A DNA stretch of 64,000 bases from Myxococcota bacterium (GCA_040386535.1 JAZKFH010000023.1:64001-128000); one strand, 5' to 3'; positions 1 to 12,235 are shown, counted from the first letter of the stretch. Notes: generated by a model from the letters alone, not told the origin. Made by a program: numbers and translations.

Positions 1-4
1 CTCC

Positions 5-349
5 GTGCTCCTGTTCTTCGCCCTCGTGAACCTCGAGGTCGCCCACGCGTTCGCCCATGACGACACGCTCTCGTTCTCCAGCGAGGACCTCGCCGAGAGC
101 ATGACGCGCTCGATCGCCTGGGCCACCTACGGGCTCGTGCTCATCGCGGTCGGGACCATGAAGGACTCGCGCGGCGCGCGCCTCGCCGGCCTGTCGTTCG
201 CGCTGCTCGGGGCGCTCAAGGTCTTCGTGGTCGACCTGTGGAGCCTCTCCGGCTTCGCGCGGGTCGGCTCCTTCGCCGGGCTCGCGGTGACCCTGCTGGT
301 CGGGGCCGTCGCCTTCCAGAGAATCGTGCTCAAGGATCGGAAGCCATGA
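5..349 (+). CDS. DUF2339-like multi-pass membrane protein, C-terminal fragment (truncated by window start)
   Basis: Hydrophobic helices with SIAWATYG...LKVFVVDLWSLSGFARVGSF, like the DUF2339 C-terminus; ATGA overlap with the next gene. Confidence 0.7.
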   Translation: MLLFFALVNLEVAHAFAHDDTLSFSSEDLAESMTRSIAWATYGLVLIAVGTMKDSRGARLAGLSFALLGALKVFVVDLWSLSGFARVGSFAGLAVTLLVGAVAFQRIVLKDRKP

Positions 350-2283
350 TCTTGATCTTGCCCGCCTTCCTCGATGACGCGGCGGCCGCCGAGCCCTCCG
401 TCTACGCCCTCGCGGCCCCAGTGACGGTGCCCCCCGGCGGTCCGGTGCGCATCACGCTCGGGCCCGATCTCGTCGGCGCCCAGCCGGAGCTCCTGTCCGG
501 GGGGCTCCTGCTCACGGACGCGAGCGGCGCCGCCGTGCCGTACGCCGTCCTCCGTTCGACGCGGGACGACCCGACGCCGTGGACCGAGGACCTCGACTTC
601 CGCCCCGTCGGTGACGACGTCTGGGAGACCGACACGTCCGACACCCCCATCGACGCCCTCGTGCTCGACGTGATGGACCTGGAGGGGATCGGCCCCTTCA
701 CGGCGACCGTGCAGTGGCGGCGCGGCGGGGAGTGGGTCGGCGCCTCGACCGATCTGCTCTACCACCTGGCCGACGGCGCCGAGGACCGCCGCGTGAGCGT
801 GCCCCATGTCGCCGGGCCCTTCCGCATCGCCCTCGCCGGCTACGGCTCCCGCCCCCGCCTGCTCGACGTCTCGAGCGTCCGCGAGGCGCCGGGTTTCGTG
901 CCTCCCGTCGTGGAGACGCTCCCGCTGGCGGCGCCCGTCGTGACCGAAGAGAGCACGGCCCGCTACACCGTGCGCCTGGACGGCCCGCGCGCGGTGACCG
1001 CGATCCGGTTTGCCGTGCCCGCCGGGGTCGACGTGTTCGAGCGCACCGTCCGCGTGCGGCGGCCGACCTCGCTCCAGCCCACGTTCGGGGGCACGTTCGG
1101 CGTCGAGGGGATCGACGCGTCCTACGGCTACGGCGGCGACACCTCGGGGATCATCCGCCGCATCCGGGTCGGCGGCGGCCGGGTGGATCAGATCGAGGTG
1201 CCCGTGGGGTTCTCGACCGACATCCTCGTCCTCGACGTGGCGACCGACCGCGGCGAGCCGCTCGCCATCGAGGGGATCGAGGTCGTGTCCGAGGGCGCGC
1301 AGATCCTCGTGCGCGACGCCGGCCCGGGGCCGCACACGCTCTACGGCGCCGCGTCCGCGGTCTCGTCATCCTACGATCTCGGCGTGGCGGCCCCGGAGCT
1401 CCTCGCCTCCGAGCCGCCGATCGTCACGGCGGGCCCGGCCGCGACGAACCCCGCGTTCGTGCCGACGCCGACCCGGGAAGGGGTGGACAGCCCCGGCCCC
1501 GATCTCTCGCTCGCGCGCTTCCACTTCGAGCGGGACGTGGTCGCGGAGCCCGGCTGGGCGCGGATCCCGCTGGATCGCTCGGTCCTCGCGCGCACCCGCG
1601 CCGATCTCGGCGACGTGCGGCTCGTGGACAGCCAGGGGCGCCAGGTGCCGTTCCTGTTGTGGAGCACAGGTGACGAGGACGCGTGGGACACCGGCCCGTT
1701 CGAGCGCGAGGAGAAGGGGACCGTGACCCAGCTGCGCGTTCCCCTCGACGGGACGGCGCCCGTCGCGTCGGTCCTGCTCCAGACCAGCCAGACGGTGTTC
1801 GAGCGGGACGTGGAGATCCTCCGCGACGCGGGGCGCTCCACCGTCGCCATCCGCCACGTGCGCTGGGAGGGGCCGCAGCGCGGCAACACGCTCTCCGTCG
1901 CGATCGGGGAGCGCATCGGCGACACGCTCCTCATCCGGATCGACAACGGGGACAACCCGCCCATCGTCATCGACTCGGTGCGGGTCACCACGCCGCGGTG
2001 GGAGCTCCGCGCCCGCATCCCCGAGGGCGGCGCGCGCCTCGTGTACGGCGCGCCGGGGTCCCGCGCACCCGACTACGACCTGTCGCTCCTGGTCGAGGAT
2101 GTGCGCCGCATGCCGGTCGCCGTGGCCACGCTGGGCGAGGAGCGGCCATTGTCCGCGCCGACCCCGGGCCTCGTCGATCGCGGCCTGTCCGTGATCGGCA
2201 TCGGCCTGCTCGCCATCGGCCTGCTCGGCATGGTGGTCCGGGTCCTCCGCGGCGTGCCCGCGGCCGAGGCGGCCCCCGAGTAG
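346..2283 (+). CDS. DUF3999-like exported protein with C-terminal TM anchor
   Basis: ATG at 346 overlaps the upstream stop; D(L/V)RLVD..G.QVPF, IDNGDNPPI and LVYG...APDYDL motifs, partly duplicated; usual partner of DUF2339. Confidence 0.6.
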   Translation: MILILPAFLDDAAAAEPSVYALAAPVTVPPGGPVRITLGPDLVGAQPELLSGGLLLTDASGAAVPYAVLRSTRDDPTPWTEDLDFRPVGDDVWETDTSDTPIDALVLDVMDLEGIGPFTATVQWRRGGEWVGASTDLLYHLADGAEDRRVSVPHVAGPFRIALAGYGSRPRLLDVSSVREAPGFVPPVVETLPLAAPVVTEESTARYTVRLDGPRAVTAIRFAVPAGVDVFERTVRVRRPTSLQPTFGGTFGVEGIDASYGYGGDTSGIIRRIRVGGGRVDQIEVPVGFSTDILVLDVATDRGEPLAIEGIEVVSEGAQILVRDAGPGPHTLYGAASAVSSSYDLGVAAPELLASEPPIVTAGPAATNPAFVPTPTREGVDSPGPDLSLARFHFERDVVAEPGWARIPLDRSVLARTRADLGDVRLVDSQGRQVPFLLWSTGDEDAWDTGPFEREEKGTVTQLRVPLDGTAPVASVLLQTSQTVFERDVEILRDAGRSTVAIRHVRWEGPQRGNTLSVAIGERIGDTLLIRIDNGDNPPIVIDSVRVTTPRWELRARIPEGGARLVYGAPGSRAPDYDLSLLVEDVRRMPVAVATLGEERPLSAPTPGLVDRGLSVIGIGLLAIGLLGMVVRVLRGVPAAEAAPE

Positions 2284-2349
2284 CCCCCGGTCCTCGACCC
2301 CTGGCGGGGCGCCCCTTCGCCGGTATAGAGGCGGCGCCCGGAGAATGTC

Positions 2350-2808
2350 ATGTCGCTGATGGAACAGGTCTCGGCCGAGCTCAAGAAGGCCATGCTCGCC
2401 AAGGACGCGCCCCGCACCACGGGCCTGCGTCTCATCCGCGCGGCGTTCATCGAGCTCGAGAAGGAGGGCAAGGGCGAGGTGACCGACGAGCGCTGCCTCG
2501 ATGCGCTCCGTCGCCTGAAGAAGCAGCGCGAGGACTCGATCGGCGCGTACGTGTCGGCCAACCGCGAGGACCTCGCCGAGGTCGAGCGCGCCGAGCTCGC
2601 CGTCATCGAGACCTTCCTGCCGCAGCTCGCCGACGAGGCCACCACCCGCGCCTGGGTCAAAGAAGCGATCGCCGCGAGCGGCGCCACCTCGCCCAAGGAG
2701 ATGGGCAAGGCGATGGGCGCGCTCATGAAGGCCCACAAGGCCGACATCGACGGCACGCTCGCCCGCAAGCTCCTCGAGCAGGAGCTGGGCGCGGGTTCGG
2801 GCGTATAG
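2350..2808 (+). CDS. GatB/YqeY domain protein
   Basis: LKKAMLAKD...KKQREDSI...FLPQL...KEMGKAMG. Confidence 0.9.
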   Translation: MSLMEQVSAELKKAMLAKDAPRTTGLRLIRAAFIELEKEGKGEVTDERCLDALRRLKKQREDSIGAYVSANREDLAEVERAELAVIETFLPQLADEATTRAWVKEAIAASGATSPKEMGKAMGALMKAHKADIDGTLARKLLEQELGAGSGV

Positions 2809-2809
2809 G

Positions 2810-4129
2810 GTGTTCCGCCGCATCCTCATCGCCAACCGGGGAGAGGTGGCCGCGCGGGTCGCCCGCACGTGCCGTCGCCTCGGCATCGGCACGGTCGCCG
2901 CCGTCACCGAGCCCGACGCGGATCTCGCGTGGCTCGCCGACGTCGACGTGGTCGCCAACGTGGGCGGGCGTGCGGGCTACCTCGACGCCGACGCGCTCCT
3001 CGCCGCCGCGCGCGAGCACGGCTGCTCGGCGCTGCACCCCGGGTGGGGGTTCCTCTCCGAGAACGCCGTGTTCGCGACCCGCTGCGAGGCCGATCGCGTC
3101 ACGTTCATCGGGCCCTCGCCGGCCTCGATGCGCGCCATGGGCGACAAGCAGGTGGCCCGGGAGACCATGGGGGCCCTCGGGATGCCGCTCATCCCCGGCT
3201 CGCCCGGCAACGTCACGACGGTCGACGAGGCGCTCGGTTTCGCCGCGGGCCTCGGGTACCCGGTGCTGCTCAAGGCGCGCTCCGGCGGCGGTGGGCGCGG
3301 GATGCGGCGGGTGAACGAGCCGTCCGAGATGGCGGAGGCCTTCGGGCAGGCCAGCGCCGAGGGCCAGAGCGCCTTCGGCGATGGCACGCTCTACCTCGAG
3401 AAGCTTGTGGTCAACGGCCGCCACATCGAGTTCCAGGTGCTCGGCGATCGGCACGGCAACCTGGTCACGCTCGGCGAGCGCGAGTGCAGCGTACAGCGTC
3501 GGCACCAGAAGTTGCTCGAAGAGAGCCCGTCCCCGGCGCTCACGGTGGAGGAGCGGGCCCGTTTCGGCGGGATCGTGGCCGAGGCGTGTCGCAAGGCGGG
3601 CTACTTCGGCGCGGGCACGGTCGAGATGTTGCGCGACCCCTCGGGCGCGCTCTACTTCATGGAGATGAACACCCGCCTCCAGGTCGAGCACCCCGTCACC
3701 GAAGAGGTGACCGGCCTCGATCTCGTCGAGCTCCAGCTGCGCGTCGCGGCCAACGAGGTCGTGAAGCCGGTGTACACGGTGTCGGGCCACGCGATCGAGT
3801 GCCGGGTCAACGCGGAGGACCCGGAGAAGGGGTTCCAGCCGGCGCCCGGCCGGGTCACGCGGCTCGTGCTCCCGAAGGGGGAGGGGGTCCGCGTCGACAC
3901 CCACCTGCGCGAGGGCGACACGATCTCGCCCTTCTACGACTCCATGGTGGCGAAGGTCATCGTCCACGCGCCGGACCGCGCGGCCGCCATCGCGCGCATG
4001 GACGCCGCGCTCGCCGCCATGATCGTCGAGGGCGTGCCGACCACGATCGGCCTCCAGCGTCGCATCCTGGCGGACCCGCGCTTCGTCGCCGGCACCTACG
4101 ACACGTCCTTCCTCGACGCGCTGCCCTGA
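2810..4129 (+). CDS. Biotin carboxylase subunit of an acyl-CoA carboxylase (AccC-like)
   Basis: ILIANRGE, HPGWGFLSEN, GGGGRGMR, ERECSVQRRHQK, EMNTRLQVEHPVTE, YDSMVAK. Confidence 0.93.
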   Translation: MFRRILIANRGEVAARVARTCRRLGIGTVAAVTEPDADLAWLADVDVVANVGGRAGYLDADALLAAAREHGCSALHPGWGFLSENAVFATRCEADRVTFIGPSPASMRAMGDKQVARETMGALGMPLIPGSPGNVTTVDEALGFAAGLGYPVLLKARSGGGGRGMRRVNEPSEMAEAFGQASAEGQSAFGDGTLYLEKLVVNGRHIEFQVLGDRHGNLVTLGERECSVQRRHQKLLEESPSPALTVEERARFGGIVAEACRKAGYFGAGTVEMLRDPSGALYFMEMNTRLQVEHPVTEEVTGLDLVELQLRVAANEVVKPVYTVSGHAIECRVNAEDPEKGFQPAPGRVTRLVLPKGEGVRVDTHLREGDTISPFYDSMVAKVIVHAPDRAAAIARMDAALAAMIVEGVPTTIGLQRRILADPRFVAGTYDTSFLDALP

Positions 4130-5478
4130 CCCTTCCCCGCCAGGGCCCCGAACGGACGGGCGGATGGCGGGAGGGGCTCGCCCTCCCTGCGGCCGTCGGC
4201 TTCGTCGCGGCCCTCGTGTTGCGCCTGGTGCTGCTCGCGCAGTACGCGGGCAACTACAGCTTCGACGGCTTCCAGCGCTGGGCCGGGCGCGACCACGTGT
4301 TGGTGCAGGCCTGGCTCCCGGCCACCCAGCTCGTGATCAACGCGGTGGCATCCCTCGGCGGCGGCATCATGGAGGCGCGGGTCGCCCTGTCGGTCCTCGC
4401 GGCCGGGGCGGTCGCGGCGGGCGTGGTCGTGGCCGGGCGGATGGGCGGCACGGTCGCCGCCTGGGCCTTCCTCGTGCCCGCCTGCTACGGCCCGTTCGTC
4501 GTGTGGAGCGCCGCGCCCTACCAGGAGGGGACCTTCCTCCTCGTGTTGTTCGGCGGGCTCGCGTTGGCCCTGTACGACCGGTGGATCCTGGCCGATCTGG
4601 TGATCGGGCTCCTCGGTCTCGTCCGGTACGAGGGCTGGCCCTGCGTCGCCCTGTACGTGATGTGGCGTCGTGACCCGCGAGCGCTGGTCGCGCTCTGGGG
4701 GATGCTGGTGTGGGTGACGGTCCGCTACGGGCTCGATCTCGCCGGCTTCCACGCCTCGCCCGCCGACTTCGACGACTGGGAGGGCATGAGCGACCGGACC
4801 ACGTTCACCTCGTGGGCGCAGGACGCCATGCGCCTCTTCATGAGCGCGTGGAACTCGGGCGGCGTGAGCTACGCGGTGGCGGCCGTGGTGGGGATCGCCA
4901 CGTCGTGGCGGCGGCCGGGGGTGTTGCTCGTCGCGGCCGTGGGGCTCGCGCAGGTGGCCGCGGTGTCGGGGTGGCTCGCCGGGCTGGAGATCGCGACCTA
5001 CCGGATGCTCGTGGTGCCCGTCATGGTGGCGGGGCTGCTCGGCGCGGTGGGCGCCGCGGTGGTGTGGTCCCGCCTCACCGAGCGGACGCGGCCCGTGCTC
5101 GTCCTCCTCGGCGCGCTGCTCATCGCCGTCGGCGTGCTCGAAGCGGCGCGGGGCACCCGGGCCGAGTTCTCGCGGATGGCTCCCGAACGGGAGCTGCTCG
5201 CGGCGATGCTGGAGCGTCCCGACTGCGACTGGCTGATCACGCCCCGCACCGACCTGGGAACACGCCAGCGTCACGATGGGTGCGAGATCCTCCAGGGCCT
5301 CGGCGACGCGCGGCACGGCGACGGCTTCTGGTGTGCGCCGTGGGGGCCGGTGCCGCCCCCTGGGCGCGCCTGCGTCGCACAGGCGGTGTGGATGGACGAC
5401 TACTACGAGGTGTCGTTCCACGGGACCGGCGAGGTGCCGCCGCCGCCGCCGCCGCCGAGCGCGGCCGTCGCGCCCTGA
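4126..5478 (+). CDS. Multi-pass membrane protein, possibly GT-C glycosyltransferase-like; start uncertain (CTG 4126 or GTG 4216)
   Basis: About 10 hydrophobic segments in the 3' part of ORF 2869..5478, with an RYEGW motif and a Cys-containing soluble C-terminal tail. Confidence 0.55.
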   Translation: MTLPRQGPERTGGWREGLALPAAVGFVAALVLRLVLLAQYAGNYSFDGFQRWAGRDHVLVQAWLPATQLVINAVASLGGGIMEARVALSVLAAGAVAAGVVVAGRMGGTVAAWAFLVPACYGPFVVWSAAPYQEGTFLLVLFGGLALALYDRWILADLVIGLLGLVRYEGWPCVALYVMWRRDPRALVALWGMLVWVTVRYGLDLAGFHASPADFDDWEGMSDRTTFTSWAQDAMRLFMSAWNSGGVSYAVAAVVGIATSWRRPGVLLVAAVGLAQVAAVSGWLAGLEIATYRMLVVPVMVAGLLGAVGAAVVWSRLTERTRPVLVLLGALLIAVGVLEAARGTRAEFSRMAPERELLAAMLERPDCDWLITPRTDLGTRQRHDGCEILQGLGDARHGDGFWCAPWGPVPPPGRACVAQAVWMDDYYEVSFHGTGEVPPPPPPPSAAVAP

Positions 5479-5528
5479 CGGCGCGGTCTCTCGGTGCCTC
5501 GGGCTCGCCCAGTGGTTAGCCCCGCGCC

Positions 5529-7535
<2,007 letters not shown>

Positions 7536-7607
7536 GGCCGACGTCGCCGCGGACTCCGCGTGGGCCCGTGCTATCCTCCCGGCCATCTTTCTCCGATGGG
7601 GTAGCCG

Positions 7608-8591
7608 TTGCGGATCCTGCTCTCGACCGTTGCACTCGCGGCCCTCCTGGCCTGGGCGCCCGCCGCCCGCGCCGAGTGCACGCAGCCCTACCCGGGTGAC
7701 CAGCTCGTCAACGATCTGCAGGTGATGCAGCTCTCGTTGCGCAACCTCGACGACGCGACGTTCGCCGCCGCGGGCAAGCGTCTCGACGTCGGCATCGCGT
7801 GCCTCACCAGCCCGGCGCCGTCCCCGGTGTTCGCGAGCGCCTACCGCTACATCGGCGCGTGGCAGTTCATGGTGAACAACGATCCGGTGAAGGCGCGCCG
7901 CTGGTTCCGCACCGCGCTCGAGATCGATCCCACCTACGCCTGGGACGCGACCGAGCTCGAGCTCAACCACCCGATGCGCGAGATCTTCGAGGAGGAGCGC
8001 CAGATCGCGCCCACGGGACTCACCCCGATCGAGGGCCGCGTCGTCAACCAGCCCGCGGGCTCCAAGGTCACGATCGACGGGCGCCCCCTGACCGAGGCCG
8101 CCGCCACCGTCGATCGGCCCCACGTCATCCAGCAGGTCGCGAACGACCGCGGCGTCCGTGGCAGTTGGCTCATCGAGGGCAACGCCATCCCCGCCCAGTT
8201 CCTGCGCGACGCGATGGCGCCCGCGCCGGCGGATCCGGCGGTCGTCGCGGAGACGAAGAAGAAGCCGAAGAAGGGCTCCGAGAACCTCATGCAGTCGAGC
8301 GAGGGGCTCCAGGTCCAGACCGTGGCGCGCATGCGGCCCGCGGAGAAGACACCGCTGCTCATCGGCGGTGTGATCGGGGTGCTCGGGGCGGGCGGGGTGT
8401 ACGCCGCGTCGTTCGCCGCGCGTTCGCAGTTCGACCAGGCGAACACCACCGAGGATCTGGAGAAGACCCGGACCATGACCAACGCGCTCGTCATCGCGTC
8501 GGGTGGCGTGCTCCTCCTCGGCGCCGGTATCGGCTACTGGGGCATCATCCTCGACGGAGGCGGCGGAGTCGGAATTGCCGGTCACTTCTGA
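7608..8591 (+). CDS. Exported helical/TPR-like protein with C-terminal hydrophobic segments
   Basis: Signal peptide ending ARA; helical repeat ARRWFRTALEIDP; Gly-rich hydrophobic C-terminus. Confidence 0.6.
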   Translation: MRILLSTVALAALLAWAPAARAECTQPYPGDQLVNDLQVMQLSLRNLDDATFAAAGKRLDVGIACLTSPAPSPVFASAYRYIGAWQFMVNNDPVKARRWFRTALEIDPTYAWDATELELNHPMREIFEEERQIAPTGLTPIEGRVVNQPAGSKVTIDGRPLTEAAATVDRPHVIQQVANDRGVRGSWLIEGNAIPAQFLRDAMAPAPADPAVVAETKKKPKKGSENLMQSSEGLQVQTVARMRPAEKTPLLIGGVIGVLGAGGVYAASFAARSQFDQANTTEDLEKTRTMTNALVIASGGVLLLGAGIGYWGIILDGGGGVGIAGHF

Positions 8592-10539
8592 TGGCAACCG
8601 GGCGGATGCGAGCCGGGGAGAGGTAGACCGTTGGGTCGGCCGCTCCGGGCGCGTCTACGTCCTGGAGCCCGGCGGCAACCAGCGGGACGGCGGCATGGCC
8701 AGCATCCGCCGGGTGCTCCCCCAGAACGCGCCCAACGCCGTGTCGACCGTGCCCGAGGGCACCATCCTCGCGCTCAAGATCGCGAGCCCCGACGATCGGC
8801 TCGCCGCCGAGGCCATCGCCCGCGAGGTGGAGACCTTCGTGGCCTTGTCGCGGGCCCCCGGGAGCCCCCCGTGCCCGCGGCTCTACGACATCGTCGGCAC
8901 GCCCGTGACCGGCCTCGTCATGGAGTGGTGCCCCACCGACATGGAGCGCTGGTGGGAGGCCACCTGGTCGGCCCCGCGGTCGTTCCTCGAGCTCACCGAG
9001 GCGATGGCCGACATCTGCCGCCGCGTGCGCGAGTACGAGGCCGTCGCGGAGCTGGAGCTGGGCAAGCGGGTCATCCACGCCGACATCAAGCCGCGCAACG
9101 TCCTGCGCGCGGCGGACGGGCGTTGGTTGTTGACCGACTTCGGCGCGTCCAAGTTCCGGTCGGTGGAGGACACGAACTGGGTCGCGACGCGGATGATCCT
9201 CGGCACCGAGAACTTCATCGCGCCCGAGGCTCTCTTCAACGCGCGCAAGCCGCACCCGGCCGCGATGGACACCTGGTCGCTGGGGTGCTCCTTCTTCGCC
9301 TTGTTGCGCATGCGTACGGTGCTCCGCGGCGGTGGCAAGATGCCGGCGAACGGCACGCACGCGCACCTGTTCCGCACCAACCGCGTGGCCCTCATCGGCG
9401 ACCTCCAGCAGCGGAAGCCGGCGCTCTTCGTGGACAAGGACCTCGATCCGGTGCACTTCACCTCGCCCGAGCGCCTCCCCGAGAAGGACCGCCGTGCGAT
9501 TGCAGAGGCGATGGAGGGGGTCTTCGGCGCGTCCCACCCCACGCTCGAAGGGGTGCTCGTGACGGAGACGCTCCACCTCCTCGATCGCGCCCTCCGCATC
9601 GATCCGGCCCTCCGCTTCCGGGATCCGCTCGAGATGGCGGGCGAATTCGAGGCGCTCGCCCAACGGTTTCGCGAGCTCGTGCTACGAGCCGAGGGGGGAG
9701 GGGGCTCCGGCCGGATCGCGGGGAGCGCCGCGCCGTCGGAGGCCTCGCCCACCGCTTCGGGGCCGTTTCCCGCCGCGGTCCCCGTGCCGCCCGCACGCGG
9801 CGCTACGGAACCACCCCAGGCGGGGGCCTCGGCGCCCCACGTGCTCATCTCGGAGGACATCGTGGTGGACGAAGGCAGCGGCAGGAAGGGCGTGGGCGCC
9901 ACCCTCCAGGGCGGCGGGGCGGCGCGGGTGCCGCCGTGGATCGGCGTCGCGCTGGTCGGCGTCCTCGCGCTCCAGGTGGTCCAGATCGGCGTCTCGTCCG
10001 CCGCGCTCGTGTTCGCGCTCCGTGCTCCGGCGGCCCCCGCGCTCACCCTGGCGCCTCCGGCCCAGCCGGGCCCCCTCGCGATGGCCTCGGCGGCGCCGCC
10101 CACGGCCCCCGCGCTCGCCGCGCTCATCGAGACCACGCCTCCCGTCGTCGGGAGCGGCACGGACGCGGTGCCCGCCCCAGAGGTTGTCCCCGTGGCGGCC
10201 GCGCCTACGTCGGCGGCCGCTGCCTCGCCGGCTCCGGTCCCCGAGCGGGCGACAGTCGCCGCGTCCAAGCCCTCCGACATCGTCCCCAAGCGGATCGGCA
10301 CGCCGCCGCCCGCCAACAGCGGCGCCGCGTCGGGCGTGCTCCTCGTCAGCGGCGGCCAGGCCTTCCTGATGGGGCCGGCGGGGCGGATGTCGACCGGCAG
10401 CGTGGCGCCCGGCAGCTACGAGCTGTACGCGCAGACCCGCCCCAACGGCGAGTTCGAGTCGCAAGGGACCATCGCGGTCGCCAGCGGCGAGCGGATCACC
10501 TACAAGTGTGGCCTAGGCACCTGCCGGCGCCTGCCCTGA
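8503..10539 (+). CDS. Membrane Ser/Thr protein kinase (Hanks type); start uncertain
   Basis: GGMAS, ALK, HADIKPRN, DFG, APE, DTWSLG; TM helix then Pro/Ala-rich linker. No in-frame canonical start between GTG 8503 and ATG 8695. Confidence 0.85.
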   Translation: MACSSSAPVSATGASSSTEAAESELPVTSDGNRADASRGEVDRWVGRSGRVYVLEPGGNQRDGGMASIRRVLPQNAPNAVSTVPEGTILALKIASPDDRLAAEAIAREVETFVALSRAPGSPPCPRLYDIVGTPVTGLVMEWCPTDMERWWEATWSAPRSFLELTEAMADICRRVREYEAVAELELGKRVIHADIKPRNVLRAADGRWLLTDFGASKFRSVEDTNWVATRMILGTENFIAPEALFNARKPHPAAMDTWSLGCSFFALLRMRTVLRGGGKMPANGTHAHLFRTNRVALIGDLQQRKPALFVDKDLDPVHFTSPERLPEKDRRAIAEAMEGVFGASHPTLEGVLVTETLHLLDRALRIDPALRFRDPLEMAGEFEALAQRFRELVLRAEGGGGSGRIAGSAAPSEASPTASGPFPAAVPVPPARGATEPPQAGASAPHVLISEDIVVDEGSGRKGVGATLQGGGAARVPPWIGVALVGVLALQVVQIGVSSAALVFALRAPAAPALTLAPPAQPGPLAMASAAPPTAPALAALIETTPPVVGSGTDAVPAPEVVPVAAAPTSAAAASPAPVPERATVAASKPSDIVPKRIGTPPPANSGAASGVLLVSGGQAFLMGPAGRMSTGSVAPGSYELYAQTRPNGEFESQGTIAVASGERITYKCGLGTCRRLP

Positions 10540-10556
10540 CGCGCTAGTTCGGCTGC

Positions 10557-11150
10557 ATGCGAATCACCAAGGTCTATACGCGGACAGGCGACAAGGGCAC
10601 CACGAGGCTGGTCGGGGGCCAGGAGGTCCCGAAGGACCACCCGCGGATCGCCGCCTACGGCACCACCGACGAGCTCAACGCGATCATCGGCATCATCCGC
10701 GTGACGAACCGCCAGAGCGGCGCGGCGCCCGAGGCGGTCGAGCGTATCGACGCGATGTTGCACGTCATCCAGAACGACCTGTTCAACGTCGGCTCCGACC
10801 TCGCGACGCGCCCCGAGGACCGCTGGGAGGGGATGTACCGCGTGGGCGACGTGGACGTGAAACGCCTCGAGGACTGGATCGACGCGCTGAACGAGGACGT
10901 GGGTCCGCTCCGCGAGTTCATCCTCCCGGGCGGCGGTCCCGTCGGCGCGTTCTTCCACCAGGCGCGCACGGTGTGTCGGCGCGCGGAGAGGGAGTTGGTG
11001 GCATTGTTGCGCGAAGAACCCGGCACCGGAGAGGGCCCGATGCGCTACGTGAACCGGCTTTCCGACTACCTTTTCGTGGCAGGCCGGTGGGCCGCCAAGC
11101 AGCTCGGGGAGCCCGAGTTCCTTTGGGAGCGACCGGGCAAGAGCGGATAG
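10557..11150 (+). CDS. ATP:cob(I)alamin adenosyltransferase, PduO type
   Basis: KVYTRTGDKGTT, AYGTTDELN, FILPGG, ARTVCRRAER, NRLSDYLF. Confidence 0.93.
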   Translation: MRITKVYTRTGDKGTTRLVGGQEVPKDHPRIAAYGTTDELNAIIGIIRVTNRQSGAAPEAVERIDAMLHVIQNDLFNVGSDLATRPEDRWEGMYRVGDVDVKRLEDWIDALNEDVGPLREFILPGGGPVGAFFHQARTVCRRAERELVALLREEPGTGEGPMRYVNRLSDYLFVAGRWAAKQLGEPEFLWERPGKSG

Positions 11151-11198
11151 CGACGAGTTTATCGGATAGAGGGGGCCCGTAATGCACCCGAGGTCCCT

Positions 11199-11921
11199 TT
11201 GAGCTCGTCCGATCACCGCGTCCAGCGCCTCCACGTAGAGCGCCTGCGCGTCTCTTCTCCCTCGATGATCCAGGTCTTGACCCAGGACGTCATCCGCCAG
11301 CACATCGATCGCATCGAGCCCGCCTGCGTCGCGGACCTGTTCGCGCTCGCGGAGACGCGCCTCCCCGGCGCCCTCGCGGCCGACCTCTCCCAGTGGGCGG
11401 CGCGCGCCGCCCGCGAGATCCTCGACATCCCCGACGGCGAGACCCGGGCCACCTTCCTGGCCGAGGTCGCCGAGATCCCGCCCGAGTCCGTGCCGAACGG
11501 CCTGCGCCGCGCCATCCTCGCGCTCGCGCCCGTGTCGATCGCCGACACCACCGAGCTCGTGGAGCGCCTCCGCGTCTCCTGGGCCGACATCGACCCCACG
11601 CCGGTCAAGCTCGCGGTGCCCGTCGCCACGCCCAAGGCGGCCCCGGCCGCCAAGACCACTACGGCCAAGCCCCGCGTCGTCAAGACGCCGGCGTCGATGA
11701 TCGACCCGCGCCGCGCCGAGTGGATCCGCGGTGACGCGGTGACGCGCCTCGGTTCGCGCGAGTACTCCGAGCGCGGGCTGAAGGAGTCCATCTTCGTCGC
11801 CGGCATCATGCACCGGTCGCCCTACAAGGACCTCACGGAAGAGGAAGTCAAGGCCGAGCTCCGCAAGCTCGAGCGCGAGCGCAAGCTCAAGCACACCGGC
11901 GAGCGCTGGCTGATCCGCTAG
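11199..11921 (+). CDS. Hypothetical protein, possible C-terminal winged helix
   Basis: GC3-biased ORF with a Lys/Pro linker and a basic C-terminal helix plus beta-hairpin. Confidence 0.6.
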   Translation: MSSSDHRVQRLHVERLRVSSPSMIQVLTQDVIRQHIDRIEPACVADLFALAETRLPGALAADLSQWAARAAREILDIPDGETRATFLAEVAEIPPESVPNGLRRAILALAPVSIADTTELVERLRVSWADIDPTPVKLAVPVATPKAAPAAKTTTAKPRVVKTPASMIDPRRAEWIRGDAVTRLGSREYSERGLKESIFVAGIMHRSPYKDLTEEEVKAELRKLERERKLKHTGERWLIR

Positions 11922-11968
11922 ACGGGTGACGGCCCCTCACGGGGCCGTTGCCGCGGGTGCCGCATACG

Positions 11969-12010
11969 ACAACGCCCGGTCCGCCTCGTTGGAGGCGGAC
12001 CGGGCGTTGT
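11969..12010. terminator. Perfect 19-bp stem hairpin between convergent CDS and tRNA
   Basis: acaacgcccggtccgcctc-gttg-gaggcggaccgggcgttgt. Confidence 0.7.
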
Positions 12011-12065
12011 ACGTTCGGGCCCTTGGGTTCGCACCGGGCGCGGCAAGGGAACCGATCGGAGAGAG

Positions 12066-12147
12066 TAGGGGCGGTCGGACTTGAACCGACAAGGATGCAA
12101 TCCACTCGATTTTGAGTCGAGCGCGTCTACCATTCCGCCACGCCCCC
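12066..12147 (-). tRNA. tRNA-Leu(CAA), CCA not encoded
   Basis: Reverse complement gives GGGGGCG acceptor stem, CTCGA-CTCAAAA-TCGAG anticodon arm, long variable arm, GTCGG-TTCAAGT-CCGAC T-arm and discriminator A. Confidence 0.95.
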
Positions 12148-12235
12148 GCAGCTCACGTGGCTTGCAGCGCACATGATTGCACCAAATTTACACGGTAGAG
12201 CTCGGACCGCAAGCGCCGAGGCGTAGCATGACGAA

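Noticed and set aside
11922..12235. Genomic island integrated at the tRNA
   Set aside because: No integrase, no duplicated tRNA 3' end noticed, and no compositional shift in flanking genes
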